Of a stretch of 64,000 bases of DNA, positions 33,912 to 42,798 are shown in pieces. The first letter of the stretch is position 1; every line of letters begins with the position of its first letter. The stretch comes from Thermoanaerobaculia bacterium (GTDB lineage: Bacteria; Acidobacteriota; Thermoanaerobaculia; Multivoradales; JAHZIX01). The DNA lies in the NCBI GenBank assembly GCA_027069135.1, contig JALXFE010000182.1:67175-131174 (forward strand). The letters are read 5' to 3'. The translations under genes were made by a program, and so were the position numbers. The notes below the pieces were generated by a model. The model did no database searches and was not told the DNA's origin. It saw only the letters and a list, made by a program, of their open reading frames with translations.

Positions 33912-36464
33912 ATGGCCTACCGTCGAAGGGCACTCGAGATCCTCGCCGTCGTGATCGTGACGGCTTGCGGCGGTCCCGGGGAAGGAACCGGCGTCGGCGC
34001 GGGAGATCCACTGGCGGACTGCGACCGAAGATACGCCCTTGCGCCCGCAGCTAGAAAGTCGGTCGACTGCTTCTACCAGTACGCCAAGAAGGCTTCCGCC
34101 AACTCGGAGCGAGCCCGGATTCGCCTGGAGAAGCTCATCGGTGAATCTCCCGGTGGCCCATGGCTCCGCTTCTACCTTGGGAATGTGCTCTGGGGCCACA
34201 GTGACTTGGAAGGAGCGGAGCAGCGCTACCGCGAGGCAGCGAAGCTCTTCAAGGAAAAAGGCGATAGAACTGGCGAAGTCGAGGCACGGACAACCTTGAT
34301 CCGACTCCTACAGTCACAGCCGCGACAAGATTGGCAGTGGCTCTGGGAAGAGCTCGAGATTCTCTCAGAGACCGCCCAAACCAGCGGCGACCCTGTCCTC
34401 CGAGCTCGGGCAGATATCAGAGAGGCAAATCAGCTACTGATCGAAGGGCGTGACCTCGAGCGGGCCTACAACCTGCTGCTGGCCGGGGAGACTCGAGTGA
34501 AAACGGCCCGAGATCGAGATCGCTATCTCGGCCGGTGGCTCGAGACCATGGTCAAGACGAGCTACTCCCTGGATCGTCTGCAAATCACGCAAGGGTATCT
34601 CCATGATTGGAAGGAGTTCCTCGCAGCGTCGGGCAGGAATCCCCAGCAATGGGCTACAGCTCTACATCTCGAGTTGGCGGTCTACGTCACCCTGGCCCCA
34701 CCTTCCGCGAAGGCTGGAGAACACGCTTTGGAGCTCGCCTACGAAGCCCTGGAAGCCGCCAGAGAAGCCAGGAGCTTCGAGAACTTCGTCCAGGTTCAGC
34801 GCCTCCTCGGAATGCTCGAGGGAGGGGAACGAGGGCGGAAGGCCCTCGAGGACTCAGTCGAGCGTATCGGCGATTTGCATCCCGAGATCGCGAGGCTCTG
34901 CCGAAGTGCATTGGCGGTCAACCTTGCGGCTCATCAACCGGAGGAAGCTCGGAGTCAAATGGGGGAAGTCCTGACCTCGGCAAGGGCTGCCGAGGACTCA
35001 TGGTCGCTACTCTTTGCCCTCGAGGACTCGGTCAAGATCGACTGGAAGATTCTGGAACGCGACCACGCTCTCGAGCGAACACAGGAGGCTCTCGACGCCA
35101 TAGAGGCCTTGAGAGCACGGCAGAAAGGAGACCTCGGGCGTGGGGGAGTCTTCTCCGCTTGGATGGGCCTCTTCGAGCTACAAGCTGGACGGCTTCTCTC
35201 CGGCACCGGCGGTGTTCCTTCCCGGCTCGATCTGGAGAGGGCTTTCGCGGTGCTGGAAAAGAAACGCGCTCGGGTGCTTCTCGAAACTCTTCAGGCATCC
35301 GGGGCCGAAGATGTCCGGCTCCCTACCTTCCCTTCCCTTGCCGAGGTAGAGGGGAGCCTGAGGGAGAACGAAGCCATGCTCTCGTATCAACTCGCCTACG
35401 ATGAGGACCTCTTTCGGGAGTTTGTAGGTGGGTCATGGATTCTCGTGTCGACCCGGGGAGGAACGCGGGCCTACAGGTTGCCGAACCTCCTCGAACTACA
35501 AGAACCCTTCGAGGGACTCAGGAGGCTCGATGACCCCGGCGATGATCCAGGCCTGCTAGCCTACCTCCATAGGCAACTCCTGGACAAAGCTCTGGAGAAG
35601 CTGCCTCGGGGTATCGCGCGCCTCATTCTCGTCTCCGACGGAGCCCTCCACCAACTTCCCTTCGCCGGCCTTCGGGAATCAGCAAAGGGGCCGCCGCTGA
35701 TCGCCCGATTCGAGCTCTCGACCGTACCGTCGGCGACCCTATGGTGGCAGTGGCGGCAGAGTGAGGACGTCCAGGGCAGCCTCCCGGCTCTGATCCTCGC
35801 CGACCCGGACATGGCTGACCTCGAAGAGGCGGGAAACCACCGGCGGCCGGACGAAAAATCAAAGAAAATTCTGGGCTCCCTGCCCTATGCTCGCGTGGAG
35901 GGGCAGCTGGCCTTTCGCTACCTTCGAGGGGACAATCGACTCCTTCTCGGGGCAGAGGCTTCGGAGCATGGCCTCAAGGAGAAGCTCCTACAAGGGGACT
36001 TCGGGGCGATCCATTTCAGCGCTCACGCCTGGGCTGACGAGAGGTTTCCGGAACGATCCGCGATCTACCTGAGCTCTGGAGACGGCGAGGACGGCTTGTT
36101 GCATCCTGAAGAGATCGCCAACTTGAACCTCCGAGGCTTCCTCGTCGTCCTCGCGGCCTGCGACACCGGAGCGGGCGAGGTGCTTCGAGGAGAAGGAACC
36201 CTAAGCCTCGCGAGGTACTTTCTCAAGGCAGGTGCTGACAGCGTCTTAGCGAGCCACCGGAAACTGCCAGATCGGGAGGCGGCGGAGTTCTTCGCCTCTT
36301 TCTACCGCCTGGTTGGAGAAGGAGATAGCGTTCAGGCAGCCCTGGCAAGCGCACAGCGAGAAGCTCGCGAGAAGGGAGTCTCAGAAGGAGTGTGGGCCAA
36401 TATCGTCCTCTTCGGCGACGGCTCGTTGGTACTTCGCCCTCGGACCGAGGGGCCACGTCTGTAG
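33912..36464 (+). CDS. Lipoprotein with N-terminal TPR region and C-terminal CHAT (caspase-like) protease domain.
   Basis: Lipobox 'AVVIVTACGG' at the internal ATG 33912. The track start at 33678 overlaps the convergent SSF gene and is rejected. CHAT dyad regions 'IHFSAHAWAD' (His) and 'LVVLAACDTGAG' (Cys). Confidence 0.8.
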   Translation: MAYRRRALEILAVVIVTACGGPGEGTGVGAGDPLADCDRRYALAPAARKSVDCFYQYAKKASANSERARIRLEKLIGESPGGPWLRFYLGNVLWGHSDLEGAEQRYREAAKLFKEKGDRTGEVEARTTLIRLLQSQPRQDWQWLWEELEILSETAQTSGDPVLRARADIREANQLLIEGRDLERAYNLLLAGETRVKTARDRDRYLGRWLETMVKTSYSLDRLQITQGYLHDWKEFLAASGRNPQQWATALHLELAVYVTLAPPSAKAGEHALELAYEALEAAREARSFENFVQVQRLLGMLEGGERGRKALEDSVERIGDLHPEIARLCRSALAVNLAAHQPEEARSQMGEVLTSARAAEDSWSLLFALEDSVKIDWKILERDHALERTQEALDAIEALRARQKGDLGRGGVFSAWMGLFELQAGRLLSGTGGVPSRLDLERAFAVLEKKRARVLLETLQASGAEDVRLPTFPSLAEVEGSLRENEAMLSYQLAYDEDLFREFVGGSWILVSTRGGTRAYRLPNLLELQEPFEGLRRLDDPGDDPGLLAYLHRQLLDKALEKLPRGIARLILVSDGALHQLPFAGLRESAKGPPLIARFELSTVPSATLWWQWRQSEDVQGSLPALILADPDMADLEEAGNHRRPDEKSKKILGSLPYARVEGQLAFRYLRGDNRLLLGAEASEHGLKEKLLQGDFGAIHFSAHAWADERFPERSAIYLSSGDGEDGLLHPEEIANLNLRGFLVVLAACDTGAGEVLRGEGTLSLARYFLKAGADSVLASHRKLPDREAAEFFASFYRLVGEGDSVQAALASAQREAREKGVSEGVWANIVLFGDGSLVLRPRTEGPRL

Positions 36465-36557
36465 CCGCCCTCCGACTCTGAAGAATCTTGGGATCGTTCG
36501 GGAAGCTCTACTGGCACCGAGGTCTCGGCCTTAGCCCGGGCAGTCATCGACTACCGG

Positions 36558-37241
36558 TCACTCCAGCTCGACGATTCCACTCTTTGATGAGATCTCCAAG
36601 CCGCGGTGGAAGGCGACTACGGTGTACCGAAGCCTGCTTCCCGTCGAGAGAACCCTCAGCTTCTCTTCGGGCACCAGATATTCGGCAGCGTGCAGATCCT
36701 CCACCTCGTCTACCAGCTCTTGATCTTCCTCGGTGCTCCAGACCACTCTCACTTCGCAACGGACCCCATCGGGAATCTCTCCCCAACGGAGTAGAAAGTT
36801 TCTTCTTGGCAGGGTTTTCGGCGTCGACAACCGCAGCGAGAATCCTTCGACTCCACGCAATGTAGTAATTTCCGTATCCTCGGAAGGAGCCCAGAGGCGA
36901 ACGGCAAACAGGCCGACGGCTACGATCAAGAGAGCTGCTGCAAGGCGGCCGTAGCGCCACCAAAGATGCGTGTCTCGGCGAGGGCTCGGACCTTGTAGGA
37001 CCACGGGAGGGCTCTGCGGCTCTTCTCGAAGCTCCCGAGCGACCTCCCAAAGCTGCCCACAAAGCAAGCAGGATGCCACGTGATCCGTGAGCTCACCGAC
37101 TTCTTTGGGGGAGAGCTCGCCGGCCACCGCCTCCCAGAGTCGAGCCCCGGGCGGACAATCCGCTCTCGGGACCTGCTCCCCAGCGGCGGCCCGTAGTGAA
37201 ACTCGGATTCGCTCAATGGCCTGCTGGGGTTCACGGTTCAA
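36558..37241 (-). CDS. Anti-sigma factor (zf-HC2 type) partner of the upstream ECF sigma.
   Basis: 'LTDHVASCLLCGQLWEV' HxxxCxxC zinc-finger motif followed by a TM segment 'LAAALLIVAVGLFAV'. Proposed TTG start at 37241 overlaps the sigma stop (TTGA). The track start at 37325 would overlap the sigma gene by 88 nt. Confidence 0.55.
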   Translation of the reverse strand: MNREPQQAIERIRVSLRAAAGEQVPRADCPPGARLWEAVAGELSPKEVGELTDHVASCLLCGQLWEVARELREEPQSPPVVLQGPSPRRDTHLWWRYGRLAAALLIVAVGLFAVRLWAPSEDTEITTLRGVEGFSLRLSTPKTLPRRNFLLRWGEIPDGVRCEVRVVWSTEEDQELVDEVEDLHAAEYLVPEEKLRVLSTGSRLRYTVVAFHRGLEISSKSGIVELE

Positions 37242-37759
37242 AACGTGAAGTCCTTCTTCGAGAGGCAGAGGCGAAGATCGGCCAATCCACGGTAGATGCG
37301 GTTCCGCGCCTGTTTCAGACCCCATCCCAAGAGGTCGGCGACCTCCTGAGCATTGTGGCCGAGCCTCCGAAGAGTCAGGGCTCGACAGCGATTCCTGTTC
37401 ATGCTTCCCATACAGTCGACAATCGCACGGCCCATTTCTCGGCTAGCCAAGTGTTGATCCGGCCCGAGAGCCGTTGACGCGCCAGTGGGTGGCTCTCCTT
37501 CAACATCCAGGGGCTCTTCCTTCCTTCGTACAGTCCGTCGAATCTCGTCCACGAGGACGCTATAGGCGACCTTCCTCAGGTAGAACGATGAGAACGTCCG
37601 ATCTTGCTCACTGCGTTGTTGAATCTCCCAAACCCGTAGCACAGCCTCCTGAGCAAGGTCATCCACGCTGCCGCGAAGCCACCCCGGGCATTTTCGCCGC
37701 AAGATCGAGACGAGTTCCCTGCGCAGGACACGATAGCTGATCGGTGGCTCGGCTTCCAA
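37238..37759 (-). CDS. ECF (sigma-70 family group IV) RNA polymerase sigma factor.
   Basis: Region 2 'LAQEAVLRVWE'. Region 4 HTH 'AQEVADLLGWGLKQARNRIYRGLADLR'. Confidence 0.8.
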   Translation of the reverse strand: MEAEPPISYRVLRRELVSILRRKCPGWLRGSVDDLAQEAVLRVWEIQQRSEQDRTFSSFYLRKVAYSVLVDEIRRTVRRKEEPLDVEGEPPTGASTALGPDQHLASREMGRAIVDCMGSMNRNRCRALTLRRLGHNAQEVADLLGWGLKQARNRIYRGLADLRLCLSKKDFTF

Positions 37760-38088
37760 GAGATGCTCCGGATCGGCGGCCGTAGGTCCCCATCGCGAGC
37801 TTCTCCCGATGACCGCCGAATGATCTGATTAGAGACTTCTTCTGCAATCGAAATATTAGCACAGCTCTCCTCATTGGCTGAGAGTGCCGCGACAAGAATG
37901 AAAACCAGAAAAGCTGGCGAGAAAGTGAGCATCCTCTGCGCCGGGGTCGTTATTCACCATGATCGGCAACAAGACCGGGTCGATGCATCGATCGACGAAC
38001 TGCAACGTCCTGCCGGACCTCTATGCCTCCGAATACTTGGTGGCTGGAGAGGTCTTAGTTTTCAAGGGTCACAACGAGGAGAGCCGTC

Positions 38089-39087
38089 ATGACATCTTTT
38101 CAGCGATTGAATCGGGTACTTGGAGTTACCGTTTTCGCAGTACCTATCCTCTCATTTCCTCTCTCGGCGCAGAATTCGTGTAGAGGGAGGTGTGACGAAG
38201 AAAATCCAAGACATCTACCAGATATCTGTATGCACTCCGCATTTGACAACTCTTCCGGTACCACCCATGTGAGTGTAACTTTATCTTGTCCAGCAGGCTC
38301 AAAGACCGGACGGATAGAGATTGGCGAGGGAACAGAACTACAAGGCAAGGTTGGCCCTGTGATCGCGGGGAACGCACTCATGGAGTTCGACATCGTCAAC
38401 GATCCTCCCGTGAAATCGATCCCAGTCCGGGGGACTTGCCTGAATACGAGAGAGGGAAGAGAGGCTTTCATTACGCGGGATTTCTGTGTGGATTACGAAT
38501 CAAGTGGCGAGAACTTAGATCCTGGCGAGAACCTAGGTCCGCAGCCGGTAATCTGGACGGGCTCCGGCCCCGACGGACTCGAAGGGTTCGATTTTCAGGT
38601 TGCTCTCGTCTGGATCGACGGTGCCCCCGATCACGAGACCGCCTATCGCATCGAAGTCATCAAGCGCTTGAGTGATCGGTCCTCCTACCGCATCGGCTTG
38701 ACCCGGGCGGAAAGCGTCGAGCAGATTCTTGTCGCTGGAGGCCAGGCCCAAAGCATAAGGGCATCGAGGGATCACCTCCTCGCCGACTTCTCCTATGACC
38801 TGGATCTCTGGGGATACAGGAGGCTCGAAACATCAGCATTCTTTGGCCCCGGCTGGGCGTTTGTCTCCGGCGATGACCACGTAGCCCAAGGCGGCGGGAG
38901 TCTAACGAACCTTGAGGATAGCGAGGGCCTGACCGCTCACTTCGGTTTGGGACTGAAGGCGAGGCTGAGCGATCGGGTTTATTGGAGTGCCACGGCAAGA
39001 GCCCGGTGGTTCGAGGCCCGTGTCGATGACGAGCTCGACACGGAGATCGCCATCGGAGTCGGCTTCCGCTTCGGTGGACAGCAGTAG
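38089..39087 (+). CDS. Secreted protein with Cys-containing N-terminal domain and C-terminal beta-barrel-like (OMP-like) domain.
   Basis: Signal peptide 'VLGVTVFAVPILSFPLSAQ'. C-terminal alternating-hydrophobic segments ending '...EIAIGVGFRFGGQQ'. SD GAGGAGAG upstream. Lower GC than surrounding genes. Confidence 0.45.
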   Translation: MTSFQRLNRVLGVTVFAVPILSFPLSAQNSCRGRCDEENPRHLPDICMHSAFDNSSGTTHVSVTLSCPAGSKTGRIEIGEGTELQGKVGPVIAGNALMEFDIVNDPPVKSIPVRGTCLNTREGREAFITRDFCVDYESSGENLDPGENLGPQPVIWTGSGPDGLEGFDFQVALVWIDGAPDHETAYRIEVIKRLSDRSSYRIGLTRAESVEQILVAGGQAQSIRASRDHLLADFSYDLDLWGYRRLETSAFFGPGWAFVSGDDHVAQGGGSLTNLEDSEGLTAHFGLGLKARLSDRVYWSATARARWFEARVDDELDTEIAIGVGFRFGGQQ

Positions 39088-39119
39088 ATAGAAACGAATC
39101 AAACAGAAAGGAGACAGCG

Positions 39120-40070
39120 ATGGCTACGAGAGATGCACAGAGCCAGCTTGCCGTGGTCCAGGAGGCCCGGGAGGCGAATGAACGGGAGATCCTTGCTTTA
39201 CCGAATGTGGCCGGAGTGGGGGTCGGATACAAAGTCACCAAGGGAAAGGAGACGAAGGAGCTCTGCGTGGTGACCTATGTGGAGACCCGAGTCGATGCCA
39301 CCGAGCTGAAGAAATCGGACATCGTGCCGAAGACCGTCAAAGCTTCGGAGGCTGCGGTGCGGGTGAAAACCGACGTCGTCGAGGTCGGCAAGATTGAAGC
39401 GCATGCCTTTACGGCACGAATCCGTCCTGCAAAGCCCGGCTACAGTATCGGTCACCCTCTGGTAACGGCAGGTACCTTCGGCTGCCTGGTGCGGGAGAAG
39501 TGCGGCCGGTGCCGGGTCTTGATGTTGAGCAATAACCATGTCATGGCCAACTCGAACTCCGCCTCCATCGGCGATCCCATTTTTCAGCCCGGGCGAGTGG
39601 ACGGGGGCCTGCCGGCGGCAAACCGAATCGCTCGGCTGCGGCGCTTCGTGCCGATCCGATTCAACGATCCGAACAAGCACAACCTGGTAGACGCCGCGAC
39701 GGCCCGGCCCCGAAATCTACGCGATGTCGTCGCGTCCATCACCGGCCTGGGGATTCCGAAGGGAACCGTCGAGGCCACTCTCGGGATGCGGGTGACGAAG
39801 AGTGGGCGAACGACCGAGGTGACGACCGGCCGGGTGATCGGTATCGATGCGACGCTGGCGGTGGGCTATGGCTCCATGGGGGTCGCCTTCTTCCGCAATC
39901 AGATCGTGACTACGGGGATGTCTGCCGGTGGTGATTCCGGCTCCCTTCTGCTCAGTGAGAGTGGCAGGGAAGGCACAGGGCTTCTCTTCGCAGGCTCTTC
40001 CGCCGTGACCCTTCACAACAACCTCAACAATGTCCTGATGGCTCTGGGAGTAGAGCTCATCACCGCCTGA
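39120..40070 (+). CDS. Chymotrypsin-fold (S1 family) serine protease without recognisable signal peptide, with an N-terminal pro-domain-like region.
   Basis: Catalytic motif 'GDSGS' (MSAGGDSGSLLL). Candidate His in 'LSNNHVMAN' and Asp in 'HNLVDAATA'. SD AAAGGAGA upstream. Confidence 0.6.
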   Translation: MATRDAQSQLAVVQEAREANEREILALPNVAGVGVGYKVTKGKETKELCVVTYVETRVDATELKKSDIVPKTVKASEAAVRVKTDVVEVGKIEAHAFTARIRPAKPGYSIGHPLVTAGTFGCLVREKCGRCRVLMLSNNHVMANSNSASIGDPIFQPGRVDGGLPAANRIARLRRFVPIRFNDPNKHNLVDAATARPRNLRDVVASITGLGIPKGTVEATLGMRVTKSGRTTEVTTGRVIGIDATLAVGYGSMGVAFFRNQIVTTGMSAGGDSGSLLLSESGREGTGLLFAGSSAVTLHNNLNNVLMALGVELITA

Positions 40071-40097
40071 ATTCAACCCCTATTGAAAGGAGAAGCC

Positions 40098-41024
40098 ATG
40101 CTTAATTTTTCGAAGCTCCCCGACCGTAACTGGCTGGACGAGGAGGCCGAACGAGAACCCGAGAAAGAGTACGCCGAAGAAGAAAGGGCGATCGCCGCGC
40201 ATAAGGAGGCCCGCAAACGGACGGAGGCTCAGACCTCGGACTTTCTCTCCCGCCTTCGGTTCAAGGCCTCCGACCTCGAGAAGGAGAACCGTGAGGAGAA
40301 CGCCTACGCGGATGAGTCCTTGAAGGTCGCGGAAGAGGACCTCGCCAGCCGTGAAGAGGTGGACGAGACGGAGACTATGGAGCTCCTCAGCCTCGACATG
40401 AACATCGCTCCGCAAACCGTGGCCGGGACGGGTCCGGGCCATTACTATGATTCCAATCCCTACCATTGTTGGTGGCGTAGGTACACTCACAATGAGGGTG
40501 GAGTCACGACCGGCCGGGCCGGCTGCAGCCGTTCCGCCCGAAAGATGTACCTCGATGCCTATGCCCGGGGCGACGGCGCCGGCTTTCGGGACGACAACTA
40601 CACGACCTGTTGGTCGAAGCTCTACTTCGCCTTCTGGCCCCGGCGCAACGGTCACGTTCGGGCGTTTGTACCGTTCACCACCCGCGGCTGGTATCGTATC
40701 TACGCCAACGACAAGTGGTACAACTCGAAGTCCGCGAAGATCGATCTGGACGTTCAGGTACAGCTCTATCAGAACTATTGGGGCGGCTACGTCAAGGACG
40801 ACGTCTTCCGTATCAGTAGGGGCAACGTCAATCGCAGCGGGCGGATCGATAGGTCTCGGAGCCTTTACAGCGGAGGTATCCCAGTGGGGGCCAATAAGTG
40901 GGTCATCGCCGAGGTGACGACCCGGGCCCACGCCTACACCTCCGGCGGCGGCTCGACGGCGAAGCTGGGCTTCTGGCCTCCGGACAATGTTTTCGCGCCC
41001 TACGTCCGTTTCGACTTCTCGTAA
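40098..41024 (+). CDS. Hypothetical protein: acidic coiled-coil N-terminus plus Trp/Tyr-rich C-terminal domain. No signal peptide.
   Basis: ATG at 40098 preceded by SD AAAGGAG. The track TTG start at 40083 is rejected. No motif recognised. C-terminal '...WYRIYANDKWYNSKSAKIDLDVQVQLYQNYWGGYVKDD...'. Confidence 0.45.
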   Translation: MLNFSKLPDRNWLDEEAEREPEKEYAEEERAIAAHKEARKRTEAQTSDFLSRLRFKASDLEKENREENAYADESLKVAEEDLASREEVDETETMELLSLDMNIAPQTVAGTGPGHYYDSNPYHCWWRRYTHNEGGVTTGRAGCSRSARKMYLDAYARGDGAGFRDDNYTTCWSKLYFAFWPRRNGHVRAFVPFTTRGWYRIYANDKWYNSKSAKIDLDVQVQLYQNYWGGYVKDDVFRISRGNVNRSGRIDRSRSLYSGGIPVGANKWVIAEVTTRAHAYTSGGGSTAKLGFWPPDNVFAPYVRFDFS

Positions 41025-41143
41025 TCCAGGTCGGGAGATTCGGCCTCTTCCGGGCCGAGTCTCCCGTTTCCCGGTGATTCTCACGGGGAAGCGGGAGGGA
41101 CCATAAAGATCTCGGTATCATTGTCCGGAGGAGGAAATCGGCT

Positions 41144-41551
41144 GTGAAGAAGTACCAGGGGGTTCTCTGCCATCGGATCCCGATCCCACCGGTTGCGCTG
41201 GCCTCTTTGGGTCCGGTGGCCCTGATGGGTCTGCTGGCCTGTAGCGGCGGCTCGCGGCCGGAGGATCCCAGCCATTCCGAAAGAGCCGCGAAAACTACCC
41301 TCGAGGAGTCGGGAGATCCGATGGGAGAAGAAGAAGTGAGCACGATCGAATCGATACGGGCCGAGTACGAGGCCCTCTTGATGGCCATTCCAGGAGTCGT
41401 GCTGGTCGGCACTGGTCTCGGTGCGGACGAAAAGCCCTGCCTGATGATCGGCACCTCCCGGCCGGTAGACGAGGTCCGTGAGCAGCTGCCGGAGGAGATC
41501 TTCCAGGTCCCCGTTGAGTTGAATTACCTGGGGGACATCGAGGCCCAATAG
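41144..41551 (+). CDS. Small lipoprotein of unknown function.
   Basis: GTG start with GGAGGAGG SD. Lipobox 'LMGLLACSGG'. Confidence 0.45.
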   Translation: MKKYQGVLCHRIPIPPVALASLGPVALMGLLACSGGSRPEDPSHSERAAKTTLEESGDPMGEEEVSTIESIRAEYEALLMAIPGVVLVGTGLGADEKPCLMIGTSRPVDEVREQLPEEIFQVPVELNYLGDIEAQ

Positions 41552-41597
41552 CCGACGCTCAACCCGAGACCCGTCGCTGCGCCGTCACCCCGAACGA

Positions 41598-42647
41598 TCA
41601 GCCTCGTAGCCCAAGTCGCTCCAGGCGTGCGTGGCGGGCTTCTTGGGAGAGGGCCGCGAGCCCTTCTACGGCCCCGTAGAAACAGGGGAGATCCCCGGAA
41701 CAGCTTTCGAGGAGGCGCCGCAGGGCCGGGACCTGGTCATGGTAGGCGCCGACGGATGCGAGGTGAGCGTTGTTGAGGCCGGATTGGAAGAAAGCATCAT
41801 AGCCCCCGTAGCCGCCCCAACTGTCTCGAAGGGCGCGATACTCCCGCGCGAGAGATCGGAAAATCTCCTTTTTCCGCCGTCGCTTGGCGTCGGTCGAAGT
41901 AGCCTCGGAGTACGCTTCCCGGAGCTTGTCACGGCAATTCCTGAGCAGTTGGGCCATCTGCTGCTGACGCCCTCGAGCCTCGAGGTAGCCAGCGAGCAGA
42001 TCGCTTCGGCCTCCCGAGACGAGCCATCGCCGTACTCCTTCTTCCTCGACCACCGTCGCGAAGGATTCGTTGAGGACCGTATCTCCCTTCTGGTAGAAGC
42101 GCTGATGGGCCAGCTCGTGGAAGAGAATGCCCGCGAGAGAGGCGGGGGGGAGGTCGATGAAGGTGGAGAGTACCGGGTCTTTGAAGAAACCGAGGGTGGA
42201 GTAGGTCGTCGCTCCGGAGACCTGGACATCGAGGCCGTCTTTCTCGAGGCGGGCGGCGAAGCGCTTCGCCCGGTCCGGAGCAAAGTACCCCCGGTAGGAA
42301 ACACAGCCGGCGAAAGGGAAGCACCAATGCACCGGCGTGACGGAGAGCTCCGGAGCAGCGACGACATTCCACACGGCGTAGGGCCGATCGAGGTGCGTGT
42401 AGTGTCGGTAGCTACCGTTGTCCGGCAGGCTCAGGTCGTGGATCGCGAATTCCCGAGCCTCGTTGATGAGTCGCAGCCGCCGGACCAGATCTTCGGAAGC
42501 CTCCGGATCCTTGAGGATCTTTTCGATGGGCCGGCGCTCGCGAAGGATCTCCAGACCACCACGGATTCCCTGGGAGTAGAAGCAGCCCGTCGAGCTCAGG
42601 ATCGGCAGCACGAGGCCCAGGATGAGGCAAGGGATGCTTCGGTGCAT
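41598..42647 (-). CDS. Lipoprotein Zn-metallopeptidase (HExxH; predicted aminopeptidase, COG4324-like).
   Basis: 'ILFHELAHQRFY' HExxH motif. Lipobox 'LPILSSTGC' at the internal Met. The track start at 42767 is an extended, unlikely N-terminus. Confidence 0.6.
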   Translation of the reverse strand: MHRSIPCLILGLVLPILSSTGCFYSQGIRGGLEILRERRPIEKILKDPEASEDLVRRLRLINEAREFAIHDLSLPDNGSYRHYTHLDRPYAVWNVVAAPELSVTPVHWCFPFAGCVSYRGYFAPDRAKRFAARLEKDGLDVQVSGATTYSTLGFFKDPVLSTFIDLPPASLAGILFHELAHQRFYQKGDTVLNESFATVVEEEGVRRWLVSGGRSDLLAGYLEARGRQQQMAQLLRNCRDKLREAYSEATSTDAKRRRKKEIFRSLAREYRALRDSWGGYGGYDAFFQSGLNNAHLASVGAYHDQVPALRRLLESCSGDLPCFYGAVEGLAALSQEARHARLERLGLRG

Positions 42648-42798
42648 GGCGGGGATTCTATCGTGGCCCGGAGTCCCGGCGGGACGAGTGGATTCTCGAC
42701 GCGGTCCGGCGGGCGCTTGCGCTGCGTCCGGCGGGCAGGCATGATTTAGCCCTATGTGCGTACTCACCGTCGTGTCTCAGGAACACCAGGCTACCGCT

